A DNA stretch of 64,000 nt, from assembly GCA_017499595.2 (NCBI GenBank), contig CM039002.1, positions 1,736,001-1,800,000 of the forward strand, in the 5' to 3' direction. Positions within the stretch are counted from its first letter, which is position 1, and each line of letters opens with the position of its first letter. Below, piece after piece: positions 13,811 through 30,224 of the stretch. Source of the DNA: Psilocybe cubensis (lineage: Eukaryota). A program made the position numbers and the translations under genes. A model generated the notes under the pieces. That model was not told the origin of the DNA. It did no database searches and saw only the letters and a program-made list of their open reading frames with translations.

Positions 13811-13976
13811 CTTGATATGATAGCACAGACTATACCTTGTAGCACGTTAGACACGACCCTTGACGAAGATGTATTTTGTACATAATGAAGATTTGCTTGG
13901 CATGGCACGGAATTGATTGAATATGTAATCAGGCACTGTTGAGGACATCATTGACTGAACAACTCTTCCTCCTGCC

Positions 13977-16900
13977 ATGGCTGCAGATTCTTCCTCCTCC
14001 TCCAAAGAGACTGTCGCCGTCGTCTTCCTGGCAGAGGCCTCTCTCGCCGTCGGCCACGAATTCTGCAAGAAGCTCACTGACTATTCAACCTCTCTCATCA
14101 AGCGCCTTCACGATAACCACCTTCACGCCCAGGTACTTCCAGTTCACTTCCTCCTCGTATTCGCTCTTCTCACCCCACACTTCTCAGTTCAAGATCGCTT
14201 TCGTCTCCTATGGTCCTTCTGATACCGCCCCATCACCCATTCTGTGCAAGCGCTTCTTCTCAGACCGCCCAGCCTTCTTCAAGGAGATGATGGAGGACGT
14301 TTCCCATTTTGGCATCGGCTTGACAAATTCTGGAGGAGGCAAGGGTATGGCTGCCCTTGACGGGTTTGCAGCTACCCTAGAGGTCTGTCTTTGCAAGACT
14401 ACTTTGCCGGATCAGTCTCACTCACCACTAGACTCGCCCGTTTAGTTGTTCGATATCCTCTTCAGCCTCGCCTTGCCAAGAGATGGATCAACTAGTTCAC
14501 CGTTTATTTCACACATCATTCATGTCGCTGCATCACCGCCGGATTCGTCTCTCCATCCTATATATAATGATAATGCCGCGCTCGACAACATTGACTGGGA
14601 TTCACTCCCTCATGAACTAAAAAAGGCGAGCTTTCTCGTCGCGTCAATTTCAGGGGCACATCTCACCTCTTGTATAGAGAAACATCAATTACACTACCAT
14701 CAGCCTTGTGCCAGGTCTGTCACGATTTCAGGATCTCCACTCTGCAGTGCGTTTCTTGATGGCTATTGCATTCCCCGTCATGGTATTCATTCACAATTTA
14801 GGTGGTAACCGGTGGCTCTGCTCCTTGGTTCACGGTGTACAGCCCGCATGTAGTTCTTCTCGCTTCGTTCCCGCCTCCACTTCAATCAAAAGGTTAGTAT
14901 TATTCTGTCTAATATAAACACTAGCTTAATATTTCATATAGCAACACCTCCAAAACGCGTTAATGAACAACCTATTGAACGTGCCCCAGATCCCAAGCGA
15001 CCTCGCATTCAACCGAATACAGAATCGCCTAAGCCAGCTCCCAAAGCTCCGACCCCTTCAGTATCGCATATTCCAACCGTTGCATCTCATACTCAACCTA
15101 TTCGCCCCGCACCACCACCACAACAACATAAACCAGGGCCACCCCAGTTGCCTACCTTATCTCCTGCTCAGGTTAGCCAGTTTAGCGAGAGGCTCAAGCA
15201 TGCGGCAACGGAGTTGTCGGCGCTCCATAATAGATTCAATACTGCTAAACTTGCTGGCGATATCAAGTTGGTAGAGGAGCTCACCAAAGAGATGCGCGAA
15301 AAGTTTGAAAATAATGGAAAAATTCTTATAATGTTCAAAAGTGTTATTAACAGTATCCAGAATACGGTTCCTCAACAATTAATGAACCAGCTTACAGCGC
15401 AAGCACAAGGTTTTTTGACTTTTTTTAATGAATCAGCTTTGTTTCTATTGACTGATTCATTTGCTTCAGCGTTTTACAAACTGCTTATTGCTTCGCAACA
15501 GATGATTGGGCCAAATACAACAGGCAATCCTTTGTCTCCTGACAACAATCACCCCACGCCATCGAATATGCCTATGCCACCGAGTGGATCTATGGCTCCG
15601 AATGGTCCAAACCCACCTCCTCAAATTCAGCACATACGATCCTTCAGCGATACTAATTTCCCCATGAACCCAGCCGCTATTCCCTCACCTCCCAACAATA
15701 TGCCGCAGCAAAACGGGGGCATCAACGCCCAGATGCTCAAGATGCTCGAACAAAACAGAGCCAGGCAGCAGCAACAACAACAGCAAGCGCAGGCGCAGGC
15801 ACAGGCGCAACACCTACTACAATCCCAACAGCTACAGCCGCCACCACCACCACAGGTTGGCGGATTGCCTAATCCCATGCTTAGTGGCAACCCCATGCAT
15901 AACATCGCGCCGTCAATCGCGATGCCTAATCGTCTGGCAGTGCCGCCGAATATGCCGTTGGCACCTGGGGCACCGATGCTAAGTGCAGACGGCCAACAGC
16001 GCCAACCGGTTTGGCAAGGCCCTATGCTCTGGAGCGGCGTGGGTGCTATGGGTAAAAAAGCTATGCAAACGTTGGTTGCTGCGTATTTCATGCAAGGAAC
16101 TGAATGGTGCGCTATCTACATCTGCGATATTGCTCAAACGCTGACCAATGTTATCTACCTGTGTTAGTCATGAACATACATGGCCTATAGAGATGGTTCT
16201 CGCTCCGACTCGAGAAAATTTGGTGACAGAAGCAGAACTTCAAATGTGGATCCATCGATTTAAACCTGCGTTGTGCCAAATAATACCCCAGAACAATGTA
16301 GCAGATCCAGACCGCAACAATACTAGCTATAAACAACTGGTCTCCCTTTTAACAGAGCGGAAAATTGTGCGTTTTTGCCTGTTTTTTTAGGTTGCTAAAG
16401 CGATATCAACTCACCGTCAACTTTTTAGTATGCTACCGTGGCATGGACAACACCTACCGGTGGCCAGACGAAAAACGCGTTGCTGATACCAGCGAACGGC
16501 AAGATAATCGGTGCCTTCTTCGCCTTGACTGGCCTCCCTGATCTACCGAAGCCAATGGCGATGTTATTAAATGAGTTCAACATTTCTCCATCAGCGCTGC
16601 AACAGATACAGACCTTGCCTGCCGATCGTGTGCAAAACTATTTGCTAAATCAGTTGCGAAATAGGGTAAATGGGATAAACGTGAGTCAAACAGTGTTTTC
16701 ATTCTTTTGTTTCATCGCAGAATGTCTTTCTTATGTTTTTGCGCGCATATCCACAGCAGCAGCAGCAGCAGCAGCAACAGCAACGACCTCCGCAACTACA
16801 GCCAAGTAATAATACTGGGTTCCCACCAAACATGGTTGCAAACCAAAATTTCATGGCTGCAATGCTGGCAGCTCAGCGCTCTCAGGCCGGACCTCCGTTA

Positions 16901-17044
16901 AACATGAATGCACCCCAACCTTCGGTACCAGCCTCGCTTGCTCGATTTGGCATGGGCAATCAAAACAACTTCAGCGATGAGATCATGCAGTCCTTTGTTC
17001 AGCGGTCAGGAGATACCGGTAACAACATGAACTTGCAGGGTTGA
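13977..17044 (+). CDS. MED25-like Mediator subunit: N-terminal vWA domain, Q/P/M-rich linker, ACID/PTOV-like domain
   Basis: Spliced protein aligns by eye to MED25 motifs: VVFLAEASLAVG, FKIAFVSYG..DTAP, SGGGKGMAALDGFAATLELFD, HIIHVAASPP, RNINYTTIS, PHVVLLASF; later VWQGPMLW...TWPIEMVL. Confidence 0.7.
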
Positions 17045-17222
17045 TTCTGATACGATTCCATCATATTCATCACACTTGCATGGGTTAGAGAAGACAATGA
17101 CACACATGACAATTTGCTATGCTACATTACATTTTTCATTTCTTACTTCTAGTCTTCCACGGATTTTTTTTTCTTTGCACTACCGTATCCTTTCACTTTC
17201 TTGCACGACTCCTTATTAAACT

Positions 17223-18178
17223 TTAATGGCCGGGCGCGGTCCATGTTCCGTCCATACCCTGTATTTTTTCATGATCGGCGATGTTCGCTTGTGCTTCATA
17301 TACTGTAATTATAGGTTGGGATTTGTGCTGGGGGCATTAAAATAATTGAATACATTAAATTGTGCACCGTCAAGGTGAAGTTGAACGCAAGCTAGACATA
17401 CCTGAGTCCATGTCCCAAGGAATCCTAGGTAATATATTCGCGATGTATCAGCACCTTGTGAGGCAGGGACGAAGACTGTGATGTGTGAAACATTGGAGAA
17501 CTTGGCTGTTCTGCGAACGTGCAGTATGGTTGAGGGTACTGATGTCACGGTTTATATAGAAACAATTACTTTAGAGAGTACTCGCCAACTTCTCGGTTGC
17601 GAGGGATGTCAAACTCCTGTGTAGGAGTCTTGTCAGGGATATCGTCAAAGTCGAGGGACTCTTGATTAGCGAACTAAGTTTCGATAAGATTGCGTCTACT
17701 AAAAATAGTTAAGTAGAACATACTAGGGCAATCTTTGCAGGCGTTTGCCCTTCGGGGCCAGCTTTGAGTAGCATAGCCTTCAGTCTTACTGATCCAGTGA
17801 AAGGAATGCGTATGATTCTGAAATAACGATGCAAATTTATACGCTTAACGCTGGATGAGTATGGCATCGAATTGAAAAGGACATTACAGTTGATCATCTG
17901 CATCCGATTCAAGAAACTGTTTCGAAGATGATGTGTAAGTGCGCGGATCTTACACCGTCTCTGCCTAGTGTTTGGCGCACCTGGGCTTCGTCGAGACGGG
18001 CATGCCACGGTTTTATTATGTTTGGAGCATTTCCGACTGCATTGAGAGCTACGACGTTTTGGCGGTCGATGTGGATGAAGAGATTGTCTTGATATCCAAG
18101 GTTAGATTGGTCGTGGTCATGATCGTGATCGTGGTCATGGCTTTCGTGGCCGCAGCCGTCGTGGTGTTGGTGGGACAT
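17223..18178 (-). CDS. PITH domain-containing protein (PITHD1-like)
   Basis: MSHQHHDGCGHESHDHDH..., DNLFIHID..VVALNA, ESDADDQL|IIRIPFTGSVRLK, TSRIYYLGFLG, VYEAQANIADH. Confidence 0.88.
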
Positions 18179-18675
18179 CGTATGAAATAACGGTGGAGAC
18201 GCGCCCAAGCCCCTATTACGACTGCTGAGGCCTTTCTATTCAACAAGCGTAAACAACATGGTTCCTTCACGGTCGACCTTTCTTTTTTTCTTTTCTTGCT
18301 TTCCTCACTACCATTACTTGCCTCATCGTCCACTCTTATTTGAGGTTAGTGCGGTATTCTTCAATTTCTCTATATTTCTATGATGTTTTTAAGTAATTTG
18401 CGTTCGATCGTCTCCATCCTCATACCAAAGGGATCACCCGCCAGTGCATCCTGGGGATGGGCCATGAGACAGCTTTCTTTTGCTGAACTTCTTGTCACTG
18501 TTGCATACCCATCTCCGATATTCTTGCTGACATACTTATTTCAGGTAACAGAAAGACAGTTCTAGAGAATTCCTAGATGTTAGTGTCCGCCTGTCGTTTT
18601 CTTAGATTACCTAATGTATTCGTATCGCAGTAGTTTCGCGTATACCATCGTTTATTCTCTCTCATTACTTGAACA

Positions 18676-19683
18676 ATGTCAGAATCATCGTCAACTCCTC
18701 AAGCCCCACAAACGTCTTCTGTCCCCGCTTCTGAGCAACTGCCTACCGATTTCAAAGTCTTTCGACCGACTGCACGATCACCTGCACCTCTTGGTGAGCA
18801 TGTATAGTCATAAGGGCGAGTTGTGCTTGTCTGACAGGTGTGACTAGCTGAGCTATCAGATGATTATTTCACTCCTACTGCTGCAGATCTTCAAGCTGCT
18901 CAAGCAACATTGAGCGCCCGGACTCAAGCTCTTGTCAATGCACCCCTCAAAGTCCGTGCAGTGCGTGAAGCCGAGGCGGCTGCTAAACTCAATAGATGGC
19001 CAGAGGTTAGCCTGCCGCATCCTCAATATTGACAACTCTGATTAAATGTTGACAATGAATTGCAGACTAGAATCCGCATCAAGTTTCTGGACCAGACTAT
19101 CTTAGAGAAGAGCTTTCCGTCGACCAACAAGATCAGATCAGTCTATGCCTTTGTGAGGGGGTGTCTTCGAGAGGATGTAAAGCCTATCAAGTTTATACTA
19201 TGTGGGTGTATCCTTTGGATTCATTCTTATCCGAATTAATCCGTCATCTCCTGCAGATCAGCCTCCAAAACGCGATCTCAAGGTGTCGGATCCCACTGTA
19301 CGGGATCAAACTCTCGCTTCACTGCAGCTGGCGCCATCGTCGGTCCTATTACTTAGATTCGAAGATGACAAGCTAAACCGTGTGTTTAAATATCAGTATC
19401 ACCTTGTCCCGTTTCCTTACCGTGTATTCTAGATGTGAATGTTCCTGCTCCTCTTGCGCCATTCGTCCTTGAACAAGCCGTAGACCTTCCATCACCACCG
19501 GTTAATGATGACAAAGGCAAAGACGACAAGAGCCCTTCTAGCTCATCAACCCCTTCTGCCAAACCCAAGACGAGTGGTGGGGAAGTCAAGATGCCTAAAT
19601 GGCTGAAATTGGGGCAGAGTAAGTGCCTGTATTTTGCAATTTATTTGGCTGTGAAGTAATACTCTTTTTCGACAGAAAAATAA
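18676..19683 (+). CDS. UBX-domain protein (TUG/ASPL/Ubx4/PUX1-like Cdc48 cofactor)
   Basis: DDYFTPTAADL, TRIRIKFLDQTILEKSF, VYAFVR, LQLAPSSVLL, C-terminal KMPKWLKLG. Confidence 0.8.
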
Positions 19684-19780
19684 AACGTGGCTTGACGTTA
19701 ATATATTCTTCTATGGAATTGCTTTCTACTTTCCTGTACTATTAGAGTATCATCATCTGTTTATTTGTTCTATTATTTTA

Positions 19781-21295
19781 TCAATACAGTGGAAAATTGG
19801 AATCTACTTGTTCAGTCCATGCTCGCAAACCTCCAATGACATCTTTGACGACCAAATCGCTTTTAACACGCCTAAGAGCCTCTGCAGCGATTTGAGAGTC
19901 ATTTCCCAGTCTGCAAACAATATAAACAGGGGATTCGCTTGGAATGTAATTCTCTGGCTTGACTAATAGCTCCTTGAGAGGAATGTCTGCTGGCAGGATT
20001 AGCTGATGCGTTTTCCCAACAGGATCGCTACTCACTTTCAGAACTAGGCAACGAACAAATTCCGTATTCAGTATGAGGTCGGACGTCAATTATTTTAGGA
20101 GGGTTAGGAGACGACAATAGGTCACGCAACGCCTATAGGAACATCAATATATCATTATTGAAATTCAATAATTACACACCTGGGGTTGGATCCGATGGCC
20201 AGTCTCACCAGGGACCCGTCCTTCATTGACCCAGTCTGGGATCGGTCCTCCACAAAATTGCACGTAATCTGTACTGGTTATAGACCTAAGAGCGTTGCTG
20301 GGATCACTGCAGGCGGTACATGTCACTTTTTTCTGACGTAGTTTTATAGTCCGGAATGGGGGAGAACCAAGAGCAGAAAAAAGCAGCATTGTGGGCGTCT
20401 GATCTAAAAACGAGCAAGGCACACTATGAATTAATTGTCTTAGGCTTCAAAGGAGAAAATAGTACCATTTGTGCCCAATATAATTTTGATAGTTTCTAAT
20501 GCTTGCATGTTGCCAATTATTCCTGTAACAACACCGAGGACGCCCAGCTCTTCACAGCTGCCCACAGCATCCAGAGGGGGTGGTGTTGGGTACAAACATC
20601 GGTAGCATGGTCCTGTCGGTCCAAGATTATACACACAGAGCTGGCCCTCAAACTTTTGGGCAGCTCCGCTGACGAGAGGTTTGTTCAGTGCGACAGCCGC
20701 ATCTGAAAGTAGGTATCGCGTGGCCGCATTATCGGTGCAGTCTAGGATAACATCATAAGGACGTAGCAGGGATAGCGCATTGTCTGCAGTTAGCGCAATA
20801 GTCATGACGTCTATATTAAGACCTGAATTCATTCTATTTGGAAAATAGCAGTATGAGCAGAGAATTTGGTGAAATAAATAAATAGATACCTTTTCAAAGC
20901 CAGGGCTGCAGATTCGGCTTTATACATCCCAAGAGTGTCTTCATTGTGAAGAATTTGCCGCTGTAGATTCGAAAGCTCGACGCGATCATGATCTACAATC
21001 CCTAGACGACCTAGACGCGAATTATTAAAAATAAGACCTTTGCGTTACACATTATTAACTCTTGCATACCAAGTCCTACAGCTCCAAGGTATTGAAGAGC
21101 TGGACATCCCAGACCTCCTGCACCGACAACGACAACAGAGGCTTGATGTAGCTTGATCTGTCCTTTTGCACAATATCATGGAAGGGAACTGTGGGGGAGT
21201 ATGTGAGCGACAAGCGTACCGGGCAGGCCGAACCCATCTAGAATCATTTGACGACCATATCGTTGGTAGTTTTGTAAAGGGATGGTTGTGGTCAT
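19781..21295 (-). CDS. UBA4: Adenylyltransferase/sulfurtransferase Uba4/MOCS3
   Basis: [50 protein letters not shown], rhodanese CRLGND and DVIGGLRAW. Confidence 0.94.
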
Positions 21296-21392
21296 TGGAG
21301 AAGGATTTTAACAATTATTACATAATGAAAGCTCATTTGGGTACGCGTTGGACTTGGACGCGACTTGATTGTCCTGTTGTTTGCTGCGACCT

Positions 21393-22212
21393 ATGAACCT
21401 AGTACCTCCAGAAGACACAAATTCCCTTGCCCACCACACAGGCATAAAGAAATTCCCGACACTGCAATACCCTGATATCTCTTCACGCGCAAAGTGGTCT
21501 GTGTCTTCTTACAAATTTGGGTTTGGCGCGGAATGCCTTCTGGATGGCGATCCTGACACTTTCTGGCAGTAAGCACATTGCTTTCGTTATTTTCTCTGGA
21601 TTTATACAGTGTTCACTCCTTTTCCTTTTTGATTAGCTCGGATGGCCCTCAGCCGCATTATATTACCATTGAATTTCCCAGAAAAATGGCTATTCAAGTA
21701 AGAACGGAAGCCAACTTCAACAAAGCACTATTGCTGATAAATTATCCAGAAAATAAGCATTTACCTCAATTTCCCCCTCGACGACTCTTACACTCCATCT
21801 ACATTGGCTATACGCGCTGGAACGGGCCTCAGTGACTTGCAAGATGTTCGCATCGTCACTTTAGATAAACCTGATGGTTGGATCACCTTCGATGTTTCAT
21901 CCGAGCCAAATGAAGACGGTGATGGCCTGTAAGCTTTTCTGAATATTCTTTGGCCTATCTAAGTATTGGATTGTTCACAGCAACCCAGTTTATGCCTACG
22001 TTCTGCAAATTATTGTGGCTGCTAACCACATGAGTGGCAAAGATACCCATGTTCGCGGTTTACGCGTCCTCGGACCAATAGAGTGTGTTATTCACCTCGT
22101 TTTGCAAAATATACGTTTCTTACACCCGTTGATTAGCGAAAGCTCCGCTATCGATGATGACCCATTCCCATTCCAATCGCCTGCATTTAAAATGTATGAA
22201 ACAATTCGGTAA
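21393..22212 (+). CDS. APC10: Anaphase-promoting complex subunit 10 (Doc1)
   Basis: AKWSVSSYKFGFG, DTFWHSDGPQPH, DDSYTPS, ANHMSGKDTHVRG, C-terminal IR tail (ETIR*). Confidence 0.93.
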
Positions 22213-22317
22213 GGAATGGCTATAGCATACTCTAATGTAACAAAGTTCTACAAAGCTGTATTATTATCCAATAAATCAAAATTGTATTATACAGATTAAA
22301 GAAGTAAAACGGGTTGA

Positions 22318-25300
22318 TTATCTACCCAACGGTGGCTGATATGATGTAGGAAGGTGTTTGCTATTAGATTGAGGATATTGATAATGTTGCTCCGGATATC
22401 GCGGATATAATTGCGGCGGAGGTTCGTTTGTGGGGATTATATCTGGACGATGTTCATGGGCAGAGTTTCTATATTGGGTAGGATTGGATGAGGCAGCTGC
22501 TCCATTATGGGGCAGTGCATACCCAGGGGCATGTGCAGGAGTGGTGATATTCCAAGCTGGAGTTGACTGAGAATAATTCTATTGTCAATTACGTTCATGT
22601 ATAATGCATTAATCAAAACTTGCCTGGGGTTTGTATGGTGATGAAGTGGAAGGAGGGGCACGATACTGAGGGTTCGGCACTCCATAATAGGGGTGTTGTT
22701 GGTCCGCATAGGTGGGTTGCGGACCAGGTGAGAAACCATGTTCGGAAGGTTGATAGTGACTGAATGATATCGTTGGCCGCCCTATGTTGGCTGATGGAGG
22801 TGGCGCATTCCTATACTGTGTTGGAAGTTTTTGCTGGTGTTGGGCATAGGATGGTCGAACATAAAAACTTTGTTGCTGAGGGGTGACGCCTCCTCTGTAA
22901 TCTGGATAAGGTACATGGCGATCAGATTGTGAATTCATGTGTTGCTGTTGTGGATAAGGCCGATAGGGATGCGTTTGTGAAGGAGCAGCCATCTGGTGAT
23001 GATGCGCGTTATTGTACATCTGCATGCTGTCTCTGTGGTAACTGTTTTGTTGGACTGCGCGACAGTTTTTGCAAATAAAGTCAACAGCGTCCCAATTCCG
23101 TCGAGGACGACCTGCCGCCTGATCTGCGCGGTCGTGGCAACGTATGTGTTGCCACTTAGAACATCTACCACAAGACATCATGGGAGTACCATCGTCCTAA
23201 ACCGAGTTTATAAGTACATACACTTGTGATGGACAGAAACTACTCACCAGATTGATTCCTTGACGATGACAGATTTCACAGGATAACTCCCAGTCTTCCC
23301 CAGCAGGCGTCCGAGATCCACTACCGCTGTGATTCCCATTCTTTCCATTTGCAATATTTTGGCGATTAGCCTGATTGGCTTTAGCCTTGGCCTTGGCTTC
23401 TTGTGCACTTTTGGCTTTAGCTGCAGCTTGTTCCGCCGCCAGGTTTTCTTGCCTGAAGGGAAAAGATTTAAATGGTGTTTTGCAATCCAATTGAGATGAA
23501 AACATACGCCGTAAGAGCTTTTCGTGATTCTTCACGAGCCTCTCTTTCTTTCCTCCGTTGCTCTCTTGCATTTTCACGTTTAATGCGTTCCTCTTCTTCT
23601 TTCTGTTGCCTGGCTTCCAATCGTCGAGTACGACTGAACTTTTCTTCTTCTTCCTGCTTTCTTTTTGCAGCCAAACGAGCTTCTTCACGTTCGCTTTCCC
23701 TGATAGCAAGACGGGACGACCTCTTTCTGTGACTTAATGCTTCTTCCAGCTCGCGTTTCTTTTCAATTTCCTGGGGTAAAAATATGTAAGGAGATGCCAA
23801 ACAGATACACAAAAATGTCTTACTCTGAGCTCATGGGTGATGGCCGGAACAATGTCATTAACCAAAAGTTTATAAAGGGCTTTCTCCGCATAGTACGTTG
23901 CATTTGCAAACCGTTCTGCTATATGCTCCCACTCAAATAATGTCACACAAAGCTAGCAAAGCGAGTCAGAATCTCGAAGGCGATATGTAATGTTATATCC
24001 TTACTGTCTCCCATTCTGTAAAGTCAGAGAAAGTATCCTCCACATTCACCTTCTCCTTTTCATTCATTTCATCTGCAGCTTGTGATACGGCACTTGTAGC
24101 CTCAATATTGATCGAGGCGGGTTCAGCAGGTTGCTCAACTTCCTCAACCTGATCTTCACCATGATCTTCGTCGGCATCGTCTTCACTGAGCTCTGTCAGA
24201 TCACTTTCCTCGTCACTTTCTAAACCCGTTTTCAATACTTTAGCCGCAGAGGTGCGAGTTTTGGGTTTCACAGGGCTATTCAGCCACTCGTTTGGGATAG
24301 GTTGCCATTCATCTTCTTGACCTCTAAGCCTCGCGCTTGTCCGTGTACCAACTACCCGCGTAGCCATTCTAGAAGGTTGTTTAGCCGGGCTCTTGTTCGG
24401 TTTGGTAACTTCGCGACTAAGTTTTGCTAACTCTTTAGCTTGGAGATCAAGCCTGATTTTAGCCTGATCCTTGGCAGCGCGACTATGACGTCCAGATGAT
24501 GAGGGAACATTGCTACTCGTGTTGGCCTCTTCCATGCGGGGGCGTTTCTTGGGGGGTGGATTGGATTTAGACGACGTCTTGGCCGCTTTTGAAGACGCCT
24601 TGTTATCAGCCACTTTGCCGGTGGGTCTCTTACGTTTTGATGCCTGGGTCTTTGGTGGTTTTGGCGGTACACGCTGGATCCAGAGTCGTTCGCCTATTAA
24701 AATCAGTATGGCTGGATATTGGCTATATTATTTACTCACCTCCAATAAACCAATAAGCATTGTGTTTACTGTCATAACCAATCGGTTCGACGCGCTATAA
24801 TTCGAGTAAGTCTGTGTGGATGACACTTCAAGGAAGCAACAAACCCAAGAAGCTAGTTCATCGTCGCTTTTCATGATGGTTCGCAGCCTAATAGGATTTT
24901 GGAATTGCCATTCCACAAGGGTATGCAAAGACTCCAGTTTGGTAAGCACCGGAAGGTCAAACCAGTTCACAGATGGCTTTTGTTCCTCTTCTTCATTCTG
25001 TAACCCTTTCGCCGAAACAGAGGCTGACTTTGTGTTATTTAACACACTTGATTGACGGGAACCTTGCGCAGTCTCGGGTAATGGTGTGTCCGGATTGGTG
25101 TGTTCGAGAGAAACAGACTCCGCTTTGGGCGTTGAAGATTCTCCGTCGACCAACTCTTTTCCATTGATATCCTGACCCAACCGCTCAGCGGGCGCCAACT
25201 CTTGTAGCGCCAATTCTTTTTCCTCCTCCTTTGTACCCTTGTCTTCCCCCTTAGGTTCAGGTCCGAGGGGATTTGATGCAGGATCTCGTTTATTGTATTG

Positions 25301-25722
25301 CTTGCGCAGAGCAGTTTGCCAGTTTTCGGTGCTGTTGACAGATGGACGTTGAGTGCCACTACGACAGCAAGGAAAGGCAGACTTACGTGACTTTACGATC
25401 ATAGGAAAGGGCGTATAGCAATTTCTGCATGATGCGAGATATTACTGTATTGGACTGGTGAACTAGATCTCTTTCAATATCCTAGAAAGCATAATTAGAC
25501 AGGGGATAGAGTAAAAATGAATAACAAACGCACAGAAATAGTGACATCGTTCGTGTTAAATAGCTGGGCAAAAGTATAGTAAAACTGGCTGAAAGCTGCC
25601 CATCTCCACTGCTTCCGGAGCAACGTGAGGTTTTCCGAAATAGAATCATGGAGAGGCGGCGGGGATGAAGTGGTTATTGCTGTGTGTAGATTTGACGCGC
25701 GTGTTTGCGAGCGGCGGGGCAT
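22318..25722 (-). CDS. Chromatin protein with DDT/WHIM-like N-terminus and PHD finger (RSF1/CECR2-like architecture)
   Basis: LRKQWRWAAFSQF, NWQTALRKQY, WFDLPVLTKLESLHTLVEWQF, RKRSSRLA, PHD CEIC...CGRCSKWQHIRC...FICKNC. Confidence 0.75.
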
Positions 25723-25928
25723 TTTCTTGATGGTAAAAACCAAGACGATGGGACCTAGTAAGCCGTATAAAATAAAGATATGCGTGTAGCAGAGATACGG
25801 AACAGGAACTGGAGAATATAGATGGTGGATGGAACCAACAAGGAGCCTCACAGTCACTTAAAGACAAAACCCTTCAACATTTCGTTGTCATGAATGATTC
25901 TTATGTAATACATGTTCCCACGGTGCAA

Positions 25929-26987
25929 TTAATTCAACAACTCGGCCTCGATGAACGAGCACGCCTCCGACACCATTTCCTCTGTGCACTTGTGTCCCAC
26001 TCCTTTCTGCAGAAATACCCTTTTGCTTCCATCTCCTACCTCTAATCTATCCACAAACTTTTCACTTGCCACCCAGGGAACCAGAGGATCTTTTTCGCCC
26101 GAGAGCACAAGGATCTTCTTACCCAAGAACGGATTCGCTGCTGTGATTGATGCGTATTCCTTCGACGCAGGATCGACCGACTTGATCAACTTGAAGAAAC
26201 TGACAGGCATATACGGTGCTTCGAGAGATACCCCGCTCTCGTTGGCGCGGTATTTCATCAACTCCAAGTAATCCGGGCATCCAATAATAGGAATGCCGAC
26301 AGTTATCCTAGGATCTGCGCCAGGGAATACTGAGTACATTGGTCATCAGATGTTCCTCTGAGATTACCTTGGCTCAGTGCTAGCCAACTTGAGTGCCCAC
26401 CGAGGCTAATTCCAACCACTCCCCATGCGTCAACTTTGCACTCATCGTGAGGAAAGAGATATGTCGGTAAAAAATCACACAGGAAGGTGATATCTCGAGC
26501 CGTTCCCACTGGTACAATAGGATCAGCTTTGCTAGGAAGATATAGCCAACGGATGACAGACCTTGAATAGAGTACATATCCATTCTGTTTGCAACGAATC
26601 AATGGCAATCAAACCATGTCGTTCAGCTTAACCACTTACGCATGCAATTCATTTTTCTCCTGCCAGGTGTTGTTGGCTCTGACTTCAACTGTTCTTCCGC
26701 CATGATTGCGGTGGTCCTAGGTATAGTCAATCAATTGGCTATGACACAGTGAAGAAGGAAAAATATCGATATACCAGAGTTACGACATACAGTCCACGGC
26801 TTTTAGGGACATCCTTTTCTTTCTGCAACAAAGATGCTGCGAAAGATACAACATCCTCAGCAGAACCTTGTCGGCCATGCAGCAAAAAAACCACTGCTAC
26901 GGACCCATCAGGTGCTCGGGAGGTTTTGAAAATAGTCGTCTGGATCCCTCCAATTGTAAAGCTTTGTTTGACAACAGAAACAGACAT
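25929..26987 (-). CDS. Alpha/beta-hydrolase (esterase-like)
   Basis: LLHGR, DHRNHG, nucleophile elbow GISLGG, SGEKDPLV (Asp), GVGH (His). Confidence 0.85.
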
Positions 26988-27171
26988 GAGCGTAAAATGC
27001 CAAGTTACAAGTCAAAGATTGTGTAGTATGTTCAAGCAATCACCCTGGGATGACTTGGAATGGTTGGATTAAGAGTGTTTGATGATTAATCAAACAAAAG
27101 CATGGTCTAAAAATATATGGTAACTGATGTAGACGAAACTCTAGAGAAAAAGAATGTGCAGCAACTCGATA

Positions 27172-29955
<2,784 letters not shown>

Positions 29956-30224
29956 TGTGTTGATTTGGCAAAGGGAGAAGGGGAAAAACGTGTAAACGGT
30001 CAAGAATGAAGAGGGAAAATGGATGTTTTTTTTCTTTGGGTGGTGATGTAAACACCAACAAACAAGGACTGCCACAATCAGCTCCGTCATGTTCTAGCAA
30101 TCATACACCATATGTTCAAGTATATTCAGCAAGCGTCATAATTTGGCCGTGGTATACAAATCCTAGTCAGTAAAGTCTAATGTGCTCTCGACATAAAACC
30201 AAAAAATAGAAAAAAAATAGACAA

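Noticed and set aside
16753-16783. CAG/CAA repeat
   Set aside because: Ordinary poly-Q coding tract of the MED25-like gene
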